Below, piece after piece: positions 30,384 to 44,656 of a stretch of 64,000 bases of DNA. Position 1 is the first letter of the stretch. Each line of letters opens with the position of its first letter. Under the pieces are notes generated by a model, which was not told where the DNA came from, made no database searches, and saw nothing but the letters and a program-made list of their open reading frames with translations. Both the position numbers and the translations under genes were made by a program. Source of the stretch: Schizochytrium sp. TIO01 (Eukaryota > Protista > Bigyra: Labyrinthulomycetes); NCBI GenBank assembly GCA_004764695.1, contig SMSO01000008.1, positions 248,001-312,000 on the forward strand, written 5' to 3'.

Positions 30384-32743
30384 GGTGAGCTACCACAGCC
30401 CTGAGGATGGCCTTGGCTATGTCTTCGTACTCGCACTCACTCTGCGAGACTGTATTCTGTACAAATCTTTGTAGGATGCTTTTGAAGTTATGCAGGGGAA
30501 TGGATCAATTCTTTGGCAATTCATTGTGATTTCTCAACGGATGTCTAGGTAGGGAAAGTACCTAGTAATTACTATTTGATTTAATTAAAAAAAAAAAAAA
30601 AAAAAAAGAATCAAAGAAACAAGAGGGAGTCTCTTATCTAAATAAACCAAACCGGACGCCTCTATCATCACCCAGATTCCAGTGGCAATGGTTTATGGCT
30701 TATTATCTTATCATAGCGCCAGGTCTTAGACTCGTGCGGTTTGTTCGTGAAGCGTCCACGACTATTTTTCGCCTGAATTGGATTTCTCTTCGTCGCTGGT
30801 TGCATTATTTTACATCAGTCCCAAAATAACTGAACATGTCTGCTGTTAAGGAGGATACCTGCATTACAAAGCAAGAATGCTCAGTCAAATGAGTGCCAGC
30901 AATGCCATCATAGCTATGCATGATTACTACAGAAGAGCATCATTGGAGCCTCGAAGATTGTGAGTTGACAATGCCTTGATAATAAAAGATACAGGAGAAA
31001 AATGCGTGGTTAGGTTGTATCATTATACGATCCATTGACCTGAGTCTTTGTCAATAAATTCTACAGTACGGCACTGGTGGCGCTGGTGGTTCGTGGGACT
31101 GCAGAACAACGCCCGGAGTAAGAAGCCCTAATTTTCGAGCGGTCGGTTGATGAAAACAAAACCCCAAACTATCAACAATATTGCTGCAAGCGTCCAAAAA
31201 CCGCAGTAATTAATGTCCACGTCTATAGTCTTTGTTTACAGATGGAGTAGCTTCAAAGGGTTTTATGACCACGCGAAGTAGTCTTAATGTGAGCCGTGCG
31301 CAACACTGATCTTGAAAGACAGTGGAAACTTTACGAAGGTTTTGTATTATTTAATGATTTATTGATTCAAAGCAAAGGCACGAAAAAACCATTATAACCT
31401 TTCAGAGTGAACTGGTCTCATTTTAGAGGCACTCTTTTTAACTAATCCAAGAATACAGGCTTTCGAGAACTAACGGTTGTTAGCCAAAGAGGTGGGAAGA
31501 GGGCGCCATTTAACTAAGACATACCCTATGGATCCTGATTCCACCTGATCACTTTTGAGAGTATTCTTGCCAAGCATAGTCTTCTTTTGTTCTTCCTGCT
31601 ACGTCTCGTCTCTCATTAAGTACATACTCTCCTACTTTCCACACACGTACACAGAGAGAGAAGAGAGAAATGGCATGTTTGCTTCTATGTAAGATCGGGG
31701 GTATACATTATAAATATATCAGCGCTGTGCGCCCTCATTGCTTTTTTGCATACCATTTCTCTCTCTTTCACGAAACGAGAGGTCAGCTTCTGCAGGAGCA
31801 GAGTATTGCTTCTTCGTGATCTGCAGGCGGTCTTCCCTCGGTATGCGGATGTGCAGATATGAAATGAGCCTGGATTCCCGCATCTCTCACTTTCTTTCCT
31901 TGGAGTACTAACAAGAGGCTTGGGTAGTCGTACCTCTGTGTAGAAAGACATTAGAACATGGTCGCTCCCGCATATGTTCATCCTCGTTCACTCACCCGCG
32001 ATAACAGGCGACGACTCTCCACGTATTTTAGAATCCGCATGATCAGCTGAAAGCCCTTCTACCTTTTTCACTTTCTCATTTCTCATTTCCAAAATTAATT
32101 GATTAATTAATTAATTTTAAAAAATCACTATTAAAATGAATTCTTAATTTTTTATAATATTGAAAATAAACACTTCTAATCAACAAAATTACGACGATGA
32201 TGAAAGAATGCTTTGCTTTGCTTTGCGTTGCTTTGCTTTGCTCTGACAAGGCTTAAACACCGATCCTGACTGCTTCGAAGAGAAGCGTTGGAGGCTTCAA
32301 GTTGGCGTCTCCAGTTCCGGACCTGGCCAATCATTCCACGGCGCCCAAACTCCATAACTCCATAACTCCATAACTTCTTCTTCTCCTCGCTATCGATTGC
32401 CATTGCGCCACTACCTGGCAGGAAGCTTGCGAGTTGCGTCTTACTTACCGCCATGACTCGCGACGGCCCTCGATCCACGACTCCGCTCACCGAAGCGACC
32501 TCGACCATCCCGAGGAGCTTTCTGTTCGAGGGTTCCTCGCAGCAGCAAGTAATAAGTGGCGTGCGTGGACGTCTAAATCCTCTTCTTCGCGCGTGATTAG
32601 GCAGCAAGATCGCGAGAAAGAATTACATTCGGCAGCTCATAAGTATGGAGACTGAAGATACTCTGCCGCTCATCTAACGACTCCCTCATTCATTCATTCA
32701 TTCATTCATTCAGTCAGTCAGTCAGTCAGTCAGTCAGTGGGTA

Positions 32744-32868
32744 AATCAATCATTCATTGAATCAATCATTCATTGAATCAATCATTCATTGAATCAATCA
32801 TTCATTGAATCAATCATTCATTGAATCAATCATTCATTGAATCAATCATTCATTGAATCAATCATTCA
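32744..32868. repeat. 16-bp tandem repeat (AATCAATCATTCATTG) x ~7.8, next to (CATT)n/(CAGT)n
   Basis: Direct reading; units start at 32744, 32760 and so on to 32856. Confidence 0.95.
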
Positions 32869-33087
32869 GTCAGCCAATTGATCGATCAACATTGATGTTT
32901 TCTGTCAATCGACTAATCTTTGTTTGGCAAATCGCGTGCGTAAAGTCGATCGACCATTTCTCGACGGCGATGAACCATTCATTCAGGGTCACTGGCCATT
33001 CATTCTTTCATTCTTTCTTTCATTCTTTCTTTCATTCTTTCCCCACTCCTTCACTGGTCCTATTGGTGGTTGATCGCACTTCTTGGG

Positions 33088-33130
<43 letters not shown>

Positions 33131-34477
33131 TCGTGATTACGGGTGGCCACGTCATAATTAGAACCTCAGCTGAGGGAGGCCGGGTCTTTCAAGCAAGGCT
33201 CGTGTCTTTTCCCTTTCCTGGGCTCTCTCTCCCGCAGCGCCGCGAGCTCTGAGAGGACGAACTCGAGGTGCTGAGGGGGAGGGAGCTTCTTCCAGGGGCG
33301 CGAGGTGAGGGAGGTGTTGGACCGCAGCGCCCTCAGTCCTCTGCTGATACTCGTTCTCGCGCGTGAAAGACAGCATGCTGGCCTTCGCCCCTTTGACAGC
33401 AGGCCTCTCAAAGAAGGAGAGGAGAGCCTCTTTCACTTCCTCGAAAGAAAGAATGAAAGACTTTCATGATGATAGTCTTCAAGACAGACGGACGCAGTGG
33501 CAGACTGTTGATCGAGACAACTGTTTGACTCTTTTCATGAGCGACTTCAAGAGGGGAGGTAAAGACTACGCGCAAGCTAAGATAGAGCCAAGGCTCGAGG
33601 GGTCGAAACCATTCATCCATGGACCAACCATCCTTCCATCTATCCATCCATCCATCCATCCATCCATCTATCCACACTCCACATTTGGATGAGATGCACA
33701 CTCGATGGCGCGCGAGTTTTGCAACTAACCAACTAAATGGCTAAGTAACTAAATAGCTAACCACGACTTCCTGAGGAATGACTTCTTCAAACTTCTTTCT
33801 TTGTTTAGTGAGTGAGTTTGAGGTTAGTTGCTCAGTTTTGTGGAAGACTCGAGGTGAGGTTCTTTTTCGATTGACGCCTAAGCGAAGTTCTTTTCACAAA
33901 GCTTGCATGCAGTAGAGTAAACCAAGGTTCTTCAAAAGCCCAGAACACTCGGCATCTTGCGATTCGCCCATCTTTAAACGAAAACCTTCAAGCCTCAAGC
34001 TCCAAGCTCAAACTATGTGCCGTGTCACGCCCTTGCTTTGCTAGTCTCGTGTGTCTTCGCAGTGCCCCAAAACTAGGGACGACGGCTTTCATTCCCCTCT
34101 GAAGGCCTCGCTTCTTTTCTCCACGTTCCCTTCTTCTTCTTTTCTTCTGTCACACTTCAACCTTCTCGCTATCTTTCGTGCTGCTCATGTTGTCAATGTT
34201 GTCGATGTTGTCGATGCCGACGATGCTGACGATGTTGACGCTGTAGCTCGCGGCTTTCGCTCTCGGCCACGCCGCCGCTCGTTCGTTCGCTGGAATCCTG
34301 GTCTTCCTTCGACTCAGTTCTTCCCTTGTGCTTCAGAGGTCCTTTCCGTCACGCCTCTTTCTATCCATCGTGACTGATCCCGGCTTTGGCAGAACGCTGC
34401 TGCTGCAGCTCATCCATCACAGGCGTGCGAAGGACCAGCGCGACCCGGGCATCGACGATTCCAAAGCCCTCACACAA

Positions 34478-34554
34478 TTGATTGATTGATTGATTGATTG
34501 ATTGACTGACTGACTGACTGACTGACTGACTGACTGACTGACTGACTGACTGAC

Positions 34555-34590
<36 letters not shown>

Positions 34591-34608
34591 CGATTGATCG
34601 ATTGATTG
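34478..34608. repeat. (TGAT)n-(TGAC)n-(TGAT)n compound microsatellite
   Basis: Direct reading. Confidence 0.95.
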
Positions 34609-37600
34609 CTGGCTTTTGAGGACCCCGCGAGATCGCCGGCTTCGAAGGAGATCTCGATCCGAGTCTTTCCCTGAAAGACCCGCATGTAAGTGAGTCGCTT
34701 GCTCTAAAGCAGAGAGGCCAATGTGGTCCAAGGTCGATAGATTGATTGGTCGATTATTGGTTTCGTGGCGTATGCCAAATGATGGCGCTCTCCCTGCCGG
34801 CGACGACAGCAGAGCAATAGAGCGCCGGCGCTTGTGGGAATGAATAACAGTCCAATGGCTGTAAGCAAGCAAGTGAGCAAGTGAGCAAGTGAGCAAGCGA
34901 GTGAGTGAGTGAGTGAGCAAGCGAGCAAGCGAGTGAGTGAGTGAGTGAGTGAGTATCTACCTTCCTATGGAGTGGAGTGGTGTGCGCTCTCGAATGAGAC
35001 AGGTGCACAAACAAGCAGGTAAGAAAGCAAACTCTCAAAGAGTGCAAAGAGTGCGCCAAAAGCAGTGCTGAAAACAAACTAACACAAGCACACGATCGAT
35101 CGATCGATCGATCGATCTCCTAAGAAGTGGGGAGTATGAAAGCAGATCTTTGCTTCGACTCCACCACGTTCTCTCCAAATTCTTCATTCCCTCGAAATCT
35201 GCCGTTCGATTCTCCTTCCCTGGCGAGTTCGTTTCGTTAGAGTCTGCAAACCATCAATACAGATACACGTACATCCATCGACTGCCTGCCTGCCTAAATG
35301 TAGTTCGATTTCCACCTCATTCATTTTTTCCGCACTCGTTTGAATCGTCTGTCTTTCAGGGCTTTCAGGTCTGCGTGTCAGTCGGGTCTTTCACTATGCC
35401 GCATCTTTCTGTCTTTCTTTCTTTCTTTCATAGGCCGTGGCCCTACTCCGCATATAGGCATACATCTACCCACCACCTACCCACACCACCAGCTGGCATG
35501 AAAGAGGGCTCTTTCCGAAGGAGCCTTCGCGGTCCTTGACTCTTCGAGAGGTTTCGAGGGCACCGCCGCTGCCATTCGACATTCTCAGTGCCGAGCGGGA
35601 GGTACGCGTACCTTCTCCGTCATTCATCCCTCCAGCCATTCGCAATTCCAGTGGTTCCCAATGGTTTTCCAGCTCGATTTCGAGTGAAGACGTGGAGATT
35701 CACCAGATACAGCACAGCCTGTATCGCACCATTCTCACTCACTTTCTTTATCCTCCACTTCATCCGGCTCTCAGGAGTATCTATCTATCTATATCTATTC
35801 TCCTATCATGTATCATATGATCTATATTCACCTATCTAGCTCTATCTCTCTGTCGTGGCGGATTCTTTTGCATCTTGGTTTCCCCAAGATTCACTCCGTT
35901 GCTGTGCGAGCTTCGAGCTAAGGCCCTCTCCGCCGCTGCTCTGCGTAACGGGCGCCGCCTCCCATCCCAATCGCGCCCTTTCGCCACCTCATTCTGACCC
36001 TGCGAGCTAAACCCTGCGACAGAAGGGGAATAAGGGCCTCTCTCGTTTCTGGATTTCGATCAAATCCTGAGATCTAACTAAGCTCCCACCTACTACGACT
36101 ACTACTACTACCTAGCTGGTGAGACTTGTCCCGGAATTCCGGCGGGGTCTTTCAGACCGGACAGGCTCTCTTTGGTGGATTCGCTTTTCTTTCATTCTTT
36201 TGGTTTGTTTCTTTTGCTCAAGTTCTTTTTCTTTCAAAAGTTCTTTTTCTTTGAAAAGAAAAAGTTCTTTTTCTGCGATTCTTTCTTTCTTTCTCTCTCT
36301 TCTTTCTTTCCTGCCCCTCCAACTTGAAGCAAGATTCTCTTCTCTCGAACACCTTCGCGCGCTCTCTCTCCCTCAGTCTGCCCACCCATCTCAGTGAACC
36401 TCAGTGAGTGGGTCTTTGCGCGCGCCTTCCGCACCTTTCCCCTTCTGCGTCTTCTTCTCCTCCTTCTTCTCCTTCTTCTCCTTCTTCTTCTTCCCAGTCG
36501 AAGCTCCACGAAATGGGAAATGCTCACTCCCACTCATCCCAGCGATAGCTAGGTAACCTTAAAAACTAAAAAACACACCGTTCTTCTCTTCTTCTCTTTC
36601 CTCTCTTTCGCTTCCTTCTTCTCAGCTCTCTTTCGAGTCCTTCTCTCTCTCTCTCTTAACTCGCTGCCTACATACCGCCTTCCATACCGCCGCCTCTTCC
36701 CTCCCCAGGTGTGCGCCACTCCGGGCGGCTCCCGGCTCCATTACGGAGGGATCGATCGATCGATAGCTGAAGCTCGTCTGTCTGTCTGTCTGTCTGTCTG
36801 TAAACCAGTCATGGAAAGCAGTGCTGAGCGAGCGGGAAGCCGTCCAGAAGCGATGCAAAGAGCCCCTGCATTGAGTGGGTTGGGCTCCAGCCTCGGCTAG
36901 AAAGGCCTCTCTCGCCACTCGCTGGCTGTCCTCTGCTGTTTTGGGTTTCGTATGTTGGGCTAGAGTTTTAAAGCCTAGAGCATCGCTCGTGAGGTGATCG
37001 TGTCCGCTTCGAGCTTTAGGTTATTAGTGTTTCTTGTGTTTTAAATTACAAGTTGGTTGGCTGGTTTTTTATTTAAAGTAATAATTAATTGATTTTGTTT
37101 CATCTTGATATGCATAGAAAAAAGAGAAAACTAATGGAAACGTGTAATCTAAGGAGGTTGGCGCGAAGGAATGAATGAGCAGTGTACGTTTTGGACTCGT
37201 TCGGAGTTGGATCATGGGAAGGAAATGATCGATTGTGGCGTTAGGCGTTGGGAGGAAAGGTAAGTGGAAGTCGTTTGGTACAGATTTCGCCTCAAACTAT
37301 ACAGCTCATTGCTCCCTGTTTTGAAGCCACGGAGGAGCGGAGTTTACTAAACTGATGATATTTGCTTCGTTCTAAACTACGTTTTTTCGAGAGAAATGGA
37401 AAAAAAAAATGATAACCTGCCTATCTATCCCAAGAAGAAAACTAAACGTTCAAAGTTTAAAATTAATTTGTTTTTAATGTTTCTTTAAAAAAAAATACTA
37501 TTTTATTCTTTTTACGGGCCTCAAGAAACTTTTCTTTCAATTTAATCATTCATTTTCTTCATCCATAAATCGAAATAAATAAGTAAACACTAAATAAGTG

Positions 37601-37836
37601 AAAAGCTCTGAGCGAAATAGATGGAAGCAACGAAGCGCGTCTTTCACTCGCCAGCCTACCTGTAGTCTAGTACCTGGTACTCAGTGGGCGGTGTCCTGAC
37701 TGGTATGGCTGGAGCAGAAGCAAAGAAAGACACGCTGATTTAAATTATTTTTACTTATGAACGAACGAACGAATGACTGAATGACTGAATGAGAAAGAAT
37801 GAGTTAGTTAATGAATGAATGAATCAGAATGAATTA

Positions 37837-38154
37837 GATTGAATAAATGAATATGAATGAATGAATTAGAATGAATAAATGAATATGAATGAATGAATTA
37901 GAATGAATTAATGAATATGAATGAATGAATTAGAATGAATAAATGAATATGAATGAATGAATTAGAATGAATGAATGAATATGAATGAATAAATGAATAT
38001 GAATGAATGAATCAGAATGAAAGAATGAATATGAATGAATGAATCAGAATGAAAGAATGAATATGAATGAATGAATCAGAATGAAAGAATGAATATGAAT
38101 GAATGAATCAGAATGAAAGAATGAATATGAATGAATGAATCAGAATGAAAGAAT
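37837..38154. repeat. 32-bp higher-order minisatellite built from GAAT units (~10 copies, two variants)
   Basis: Units GAATGAATAAATGAATATGAATGAATGAATTA, then GAATGAAAGAATGAATATGAATGAATGAATCA. Confidence 0.9.
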
Positions 38155-41100
38155 TATAATGATGTGCTACTGGTACGAAGAGGTATACATCGGGAACTAC
38201 TTTCACTCCCCGACCGATGCAGCGATGACGTGTCCGTCTCGTCCTAGGTGAGCAAAGGATCGAGCATTTGGACGAGGACTGGGGGACATATACTTGGCAA
38301 AGCGAAACTGCGCGCATCTTTGAGCAAGATTAAGGACCTTTTCCAAGTAAAGTCAGCGGGATCTGCTACGAGCAGATAACTCATCATCTCGTCTTGTCCC
38401 AGGAGATCCATCCACTCATCTATTCATTCATTCATCTATTCATTCATTCATTCATTCATTCACCGTCTTCCTATAGATTTATTTCTTGGTTTCGTGCTTT
38501 TGGCAGAATATTTCCCTAAAGATTATTGCCCATTTGATTGGCTGCTTGGGCGCCAATTCGTCGACAGCACATCCTCACAAAAGGAAGACGGAGGTTGACC
38601 CGTCCCAGCTCAACGTACGCTTCGACGCCGTGCGTGCCTTCCTTCATTGGCTGACACCCCGTCTGAGAAGGATTGGACCTTGGACTCCGCGAGGCGTCGC
38701 TTGCCATTTGCAGAGCAGCATTTGCGTGTTGGCGACGTCAGAAGAGCGAAGACAGCCAAAAACGTGCCTTCTGTCTGCCAATATCTGCGATCCATTTCAG
38801 AGTCTCTTTGTTCTGGTTCGTGAACGAGCGAATAACGTCTCTCTGTGCTGCGATGTCGAAGCGATTACAGTCGCTTGTACAGAGATGCATCTCGTACACC
38901 TTTTGTGACAGAATTCTGTCTCCGGTTTATTAATGAAACTACACAAAATCAGTTGGAGAATCAGCGATGCAAAGCTGCGATTGGGATGAGGCAAGTGCCA
39001 ACGCAAAGCCCCGAGGCCCCTTTCACAGCTCTGAGCATGGTCTTCTGCGAATCGTGCGGCACTCGGCGCAGCAATCGACTGCGGATGAAAGCCATCATCA
39101 AGAACGCAACTCCTTCGTGTTGCCGACGCTCCGTGTATCGAGTGATTGTTGTGCGTTGAGCTTGTTGCCCAAGTTCTGCAAAATTTCACTCACTCACTCA
39201 CTCATTCACTCACTCAGCACGTGCATCTGAGAATGCCGAGGAATTCAAAGCTTTCCAAGCTCTGCTCCAAAGAATGCGGTTGGCGGCTCTCCCAAGGGAT
39301 CTGATACTCCCAAGGCCGTGCGTAGATGGCATTGCATTCGCTGACTTCGCTGCGTTCGCCGCCCTCGAGACTCCGCCCCAATCCTCGACCGGTCTCTTGG
39401 CTCTCGAAGCGACTTCGTTCGTAAACTGAGCAAATCCCAGCAAATCTAGGCACCACGCCAGCACGTGCATGGGCTGTACAGAAAGAAGGTGCAGCACGGG
39501 AGCTGCAAGCGTCGATCAAAGAGCGGCGCGTTTCGAGAGAAGACCCTTGAAGACTTCGTTCCGCGGAGCACAAAGCTGACGATGCGCGATGGCGGCCGAA
39601 TGGCAAACCCTGCCGCGGCTGCGAAGAACTGTGCCCTCCTTCGTTTTGGATGACTCAGGCACAGGGAGAGAGAACCGCAAAGATAGGAGTGCCTCTAAAG
39701 CTGGCTACGAATAATGAAAAGAAGTGAGTAAATGTTCTTTCACATTCATGGCACGATTGTGATCGTGTCCTCTTTTCCTTCCATTTGAAACAACTTTTAC
39801 GTTTTGGGGTTTATTGATCTTTGATCGACCTTGGATTTTTATTTTATTTTGTTTTTTTACCCCTATTCTTGAATACCAACAAGTAAAACGTTTTTTCAAT
39901 AAAATATCTTAATTAACAACAACAACAAAGCAGAGCAGAGCAGAGCAGGAAAACAAACTAAAACTTCTACTCGTACTTGGAATGCGAAGAAGAAAACAAC
40001 CTTGATACCTCCGCACTAAACTAAAAGTCGCTTTTTGCCGCAGGCCGCCACAAATCGGCACGACGATAGATCAGTCTCTACTTATGAAGCCGTAGAAGAC
40101 CTCGAAGGCAAAAGAGTCGTCTGCGACACTTCATACCTCTCCCGTCTCCTTCCCTGGAGGAAGAAGCGGACAAAAAGAAGGAAAGACAGAAAGTCAGAAA
40201 GAAAATTAAGTAAGTAAGCTAGTGAGTGAGTAAGTAAGTAAGTAAGTAAGTAAGAAGTCAATAAATAAGTGAACAGGGAAGAAAGTAAGCGCGTTCGGAG
40301 GGAAGGAGCGAGGACTTGGCGATTGGAACAAGTAGACACAGTAAGAACAAGCAGCGCACAGAGCTATAGCCTCTGCTACTACTTCAGCCTCCCTCCTACA
40401 GCAGCCTGGCAGTCGGTCTGCCTCTGCGCAAAAGGCCCGAACTGCGCGAGAGGCGAGGGCTGTTTTATGCCCACAGCTCCTCTTGTCTCTACTGCCTGCC
40501 CAGCCCCGCAGTGTTTGTCTGTGGGGTCTCCCTCTCTGTCTCTCTCTCTGTCTCTCAGAGCATCTTCTCCAAGTGCGTGAATGGTGAGGAAGGCTTTCTT
40601 GCGCTCTGCAAAGCAATCAATTGCCCGCGTGCAGCGGTGTCCAAGATCAATCAACGCGAGCTGATGCACTGATGCCGACCTTTGCTCCAGGACCCTTCGC
40701 GGCTGCTGCTCGTTCCTTCCTTCATTAGCACTTCCTCAGTTAGTTTGCTGGTTCGAGCAAGCCTTCAAGCAAGAATTCGAGTTTTCTACCTCTATTCCGT
40801 TCGCTCGTTCATTCATTCTGCTTCGCTCATGCTCATTGATTCTTTCTGATTCTTTCTGATTCATCCGCTCATGGATTCATTCACTCTGCTCCATTCATCA
40901 TGAATCAATCATTCATTTCCTCCTCTGCACATGAAATCGCCAAACCTTCGTGCCTCAAGATCCCCTTTATGGAAACACCAATGGCTCAATTTGATTGGCG
41001 CTGATTGATGATTCATTCATTCATTCATTCATTCATTCATTCATCCTCATCCATCCACTCCGAAGTTCCCATGAGCCAGTTTCGCTCAGTCGCCGTGCAG

Positions 41101-41931
41101 TTAGTTCGAAGGGCCTTCGCTTTCTCTGACTAAGCCCGCCCAGTTAGCAGCAGCATGCAGGAGATGCGTCGCTTTCGGGACACAGAACTTCTCCTTCTCG
41201 TCGTCGTTGTTGTTGCTGCTGCTGCTGTTATTGCTCATTTCAGGACGGTCGCCCTCCAAAGTTCAAAGGCGGGCGAATCCCAGATCAGGGAGGGCACTTC
41301 CTACGCGGCGCGAGCCGTCTCGAGCGGACCAGAGACTGAGTAAGTACCGCCGCAAGGAAGGTCTTTCACAAACACACATGGATCCAGCCCAACCCATCGA
41401 GCGATCCCAATCCGTCCATCGATCGATCTGTGCATCGAAAGTCAGAAGCGCCGCCTCAACTGCGAAGAAAGATCGCAGAGGATGGATTCTGCAGATAGAT
41501 GGAGAGATAGATAGACAGATAGACCTCACACACAGATACAGACAACAGACTGACAGACAAAGAAACAACAGACGACTAACTTGGAAAGAAAGAGGAGAAA
41601 GAGGAGAAAGAGGAGAAAGAGGTCAAAGCCGCGGCGCAGCTATCAGGGACGAGAAATTGCCGACGGAGCTGGCGACGTAACAAGTGAATGAGTGAATGAG
41701 TGAGTGAGTGAGTGAGTGAGTGAGTGAAGAAGGCGAAGAAGGCGAAGAGAGCGAAGAGAGCGAAGAGAGCGAAGAGAGCGAGTCCCTCGGATGGGAGGAC
41801 CGATCGGCAGATCGATTGGTTCACTCACTCTCTCACGGACCTCTTTCCTCTTTCCACTTCTCTATCAATCGCAGACTCTTTTCCATCCAACTCATCTTCA
41901 TCTTCATCTTCATCTCTGATGCACGAATTGA

Positions 41932-41975
<44 letters not shown>

Positions 41976-44621
41976 AACTTGTGACTGAGACTGCGATGAG
42001 AATGATTAAAAAAAAGAAAAGAATAAAGAATAATAATAATAAAGAATAATAATAATAAAGAATAATAATAATACATAAATTAATAAAACTCAAGGCGCAG
42101 CGCGTTCTTTTCAGGCGGCGCGGAGGCGGCCTTGAAGCCCGAGACGCCGACCTCAGCAAGCACACCCCACGTTCCAGGATACAGCCTCTTCTCAAGCATA
42201 TGGATCCAAGTGGAACACGCAGACACATCCTTCAACGCAGCACGAACGCCGTCGTTCTTCTTTCCAAGGGCCAAAACACCGTCCAAATAGCAAACCGTCA
42301 TATTTTTCAAATTTAGTTTTGGGGTTTCAAATTTTGCTCTTTTTTGTTTTAAAAAAAAATAAAAAAATTAAATATTTATATCTGAAAAGGCAAAGGATCA
42401 GCTTGCCTTGATTTTTTGTTTCAGAATTAAAACATAATCTTTCTTTCTTATTACTTTAATTTTAAAAGGAGAAATCATCTATGAAAATAAAAAAGAGCAA
42501 CAAACAAACAAACAAACAAACAAATAAACAAGGTTTGAAAAACAACCCTTGATCAGCCTTGCTTGAATAATCAAGTCGAACAGCACGCCGGAAACAACTG
42601 GCGGGTTGGGATAAACTCTCACAGGCACAGGTACTTACTTTCCTCCCATGTTCGCCTCCGTAAACACGCCGCGAAACGTGCCCCACAGAGACAGACTTTT
42701 GTACTAACTTCTTATAAAATGCTAGAATCCTACTGCGAACGTTTCTACTCACACAACTACAAGAAGCAACAAAGAAGCAGTAAATGGTACTGCGTAGCAC
42801 GGCGTAGCACTGCCTAGTGCCAAGCGCGAATTTGTTGTTTTGTCTAGGGGGTCGTGCCTGCTACTATAGGCATGGTAATAGGTTAGAATCGCAGGATATA
42901 GTAGATGGCATAATAACGATGGCTCCAAGATCGAAGATTGGAGGTGCATGGGACAACGAAGCTTCGTTTGACTTGAGGATTTCGACGCTTGCTTGTGACT
43001 GGCTTGAAGTCGCGATGGGTGCTCATCCACCCACCCATTTACTCACTCAGCCATTCGTCATGCGTGGCCTTTTTCATCCCCCCGGAGGGGGCTGGCTAGC
43101 TTCCCGGACAGAGAAAGCGCAAGTCTTGGGCGCTCCTGAGAGAGGTTGGTCTGCCTTTTGCAATGACGTACGCCCAAGCCTCGCGGAGGACGGGATCGTT
43201 TGGTTCTCGCAGCTTCTCAACCATGCACTTACTCGAGCCGTGATGAAAACCACACACGCGAAGTGTATTGGGGGCTCCTACGAACCCTGTGCACCAACCA
43301 GCAGAGATGAAAAAGGCTGGGCTTACGAGGAAGCAACAGACTGACGGAGATCTGCAGAAGCCGCGCTCTTTCACGACAGATTGAGGGCCTCACAGCGCGA
43401 CAGATGAAAGCCCTCCTTGTGATTCTGCCACGATGACGATGGACGGTGCCGTTGCGAACCTGTGAAGCAGACCGGAATGCGGCGGTACGAACCAAGGCTA
43501 GACCCAGCAAGTCCTTCTTCCGTTCAAGGAATCGTCTTTCGCAGACTTGTCTCTCTCGCATTGCTCCTGCGTTCTTGCTGTTGTTCCTTCACAGAGTCCA
43601 TACACAGGTCAATGGTGTCTTCGAACGCTCTTTGGAGGTGGTTCATGCGCTGTTGGCTTCGAAAGCATCAGACCTGAGCTTGGAATCAGCTCTCGGCGCA
43701 ACGTCCTTCCGGTTGGTTCGCTTTTCTGTGTTTGGCATACCCTGGCGACGATTTGCTCGAGGACCGAGCTTTGGACGAAGCATGAGATCAGAAACTACCT
43801 GGGATAACTTGGTCCACCTTCACGTTCCGCGCAGCTGAATGGCGAGACCTCCGCCGCCTCAGTCAGACGGAGAGACAGAGCTCTCCTCTCGAAGCTTGCT
43901 CCGTTTTCAACGTGCCGCTCCTCCTTCTGCCGCATCAGATCACACGAGCACAACCTTGAGCTGCGATCGACCGTCACTCCTCACAACAAACCCAGGCGAA
44001 GCTCCACGACGAGTCAGCCAGCGGTGATCCTTCTTGCGAAGCACGCCATGCCCATCTCGCTCTGCGAAAGCAAGCCTCGAGGCGTCCAGGATCGCCAGCG
44101 CGCCCGTTCACCGTCTCTGGCGCCGGAGCGCTTCGCACGCAATTCCGCAAAACCAGAGGTGTGTGCGAGTGAGTGTGAGGGAGTGTGTACCAAGACCCTC
44201 CATTATTATACATTATCATACGCTCTCATCTCTCTCCTATCATTTCGATGTATATATGTATGTGTATCTATGTATCTGTCTATATGTGAGTACTTCATAT
44301 ATTATGCACATCTATGCATCTATGTATCTATGTATCTATCTCCTCGAGAGTTGAACTTTGGATTCCATTGAATCAGACGTAGCGGCATTCTTTCCATTTG
44401 AGCCGGGGCCAATCTTTCGAAGCTGAAGAGGACGGCGTACGAGGAGTGCATTCGTGGCTCACTGGCTGTTGTTGCGGCAGCTTTCAAGTCTCTGGTTCGC
44501 CTTCGAGAGAGAGCATAACAGATCAAAGCACACGAAAGTAAGAGAGAAAGAGAGAGAGAGTACAGAAAGCCTAAGGACCGACGGGTTGAATGAAATGAAT
44601 TACAGAGGGAGAAAGAATAGG

Positions 44622-44656
<35 letters not shown>

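Noticed and set aside
32744-38154. 16-bp and 32-bp arrays as possible CRISPR or telomeric repeats
   Set aside because: Head-to-tail units without unique spacers, no cas genes, and not TTAGGG-like.
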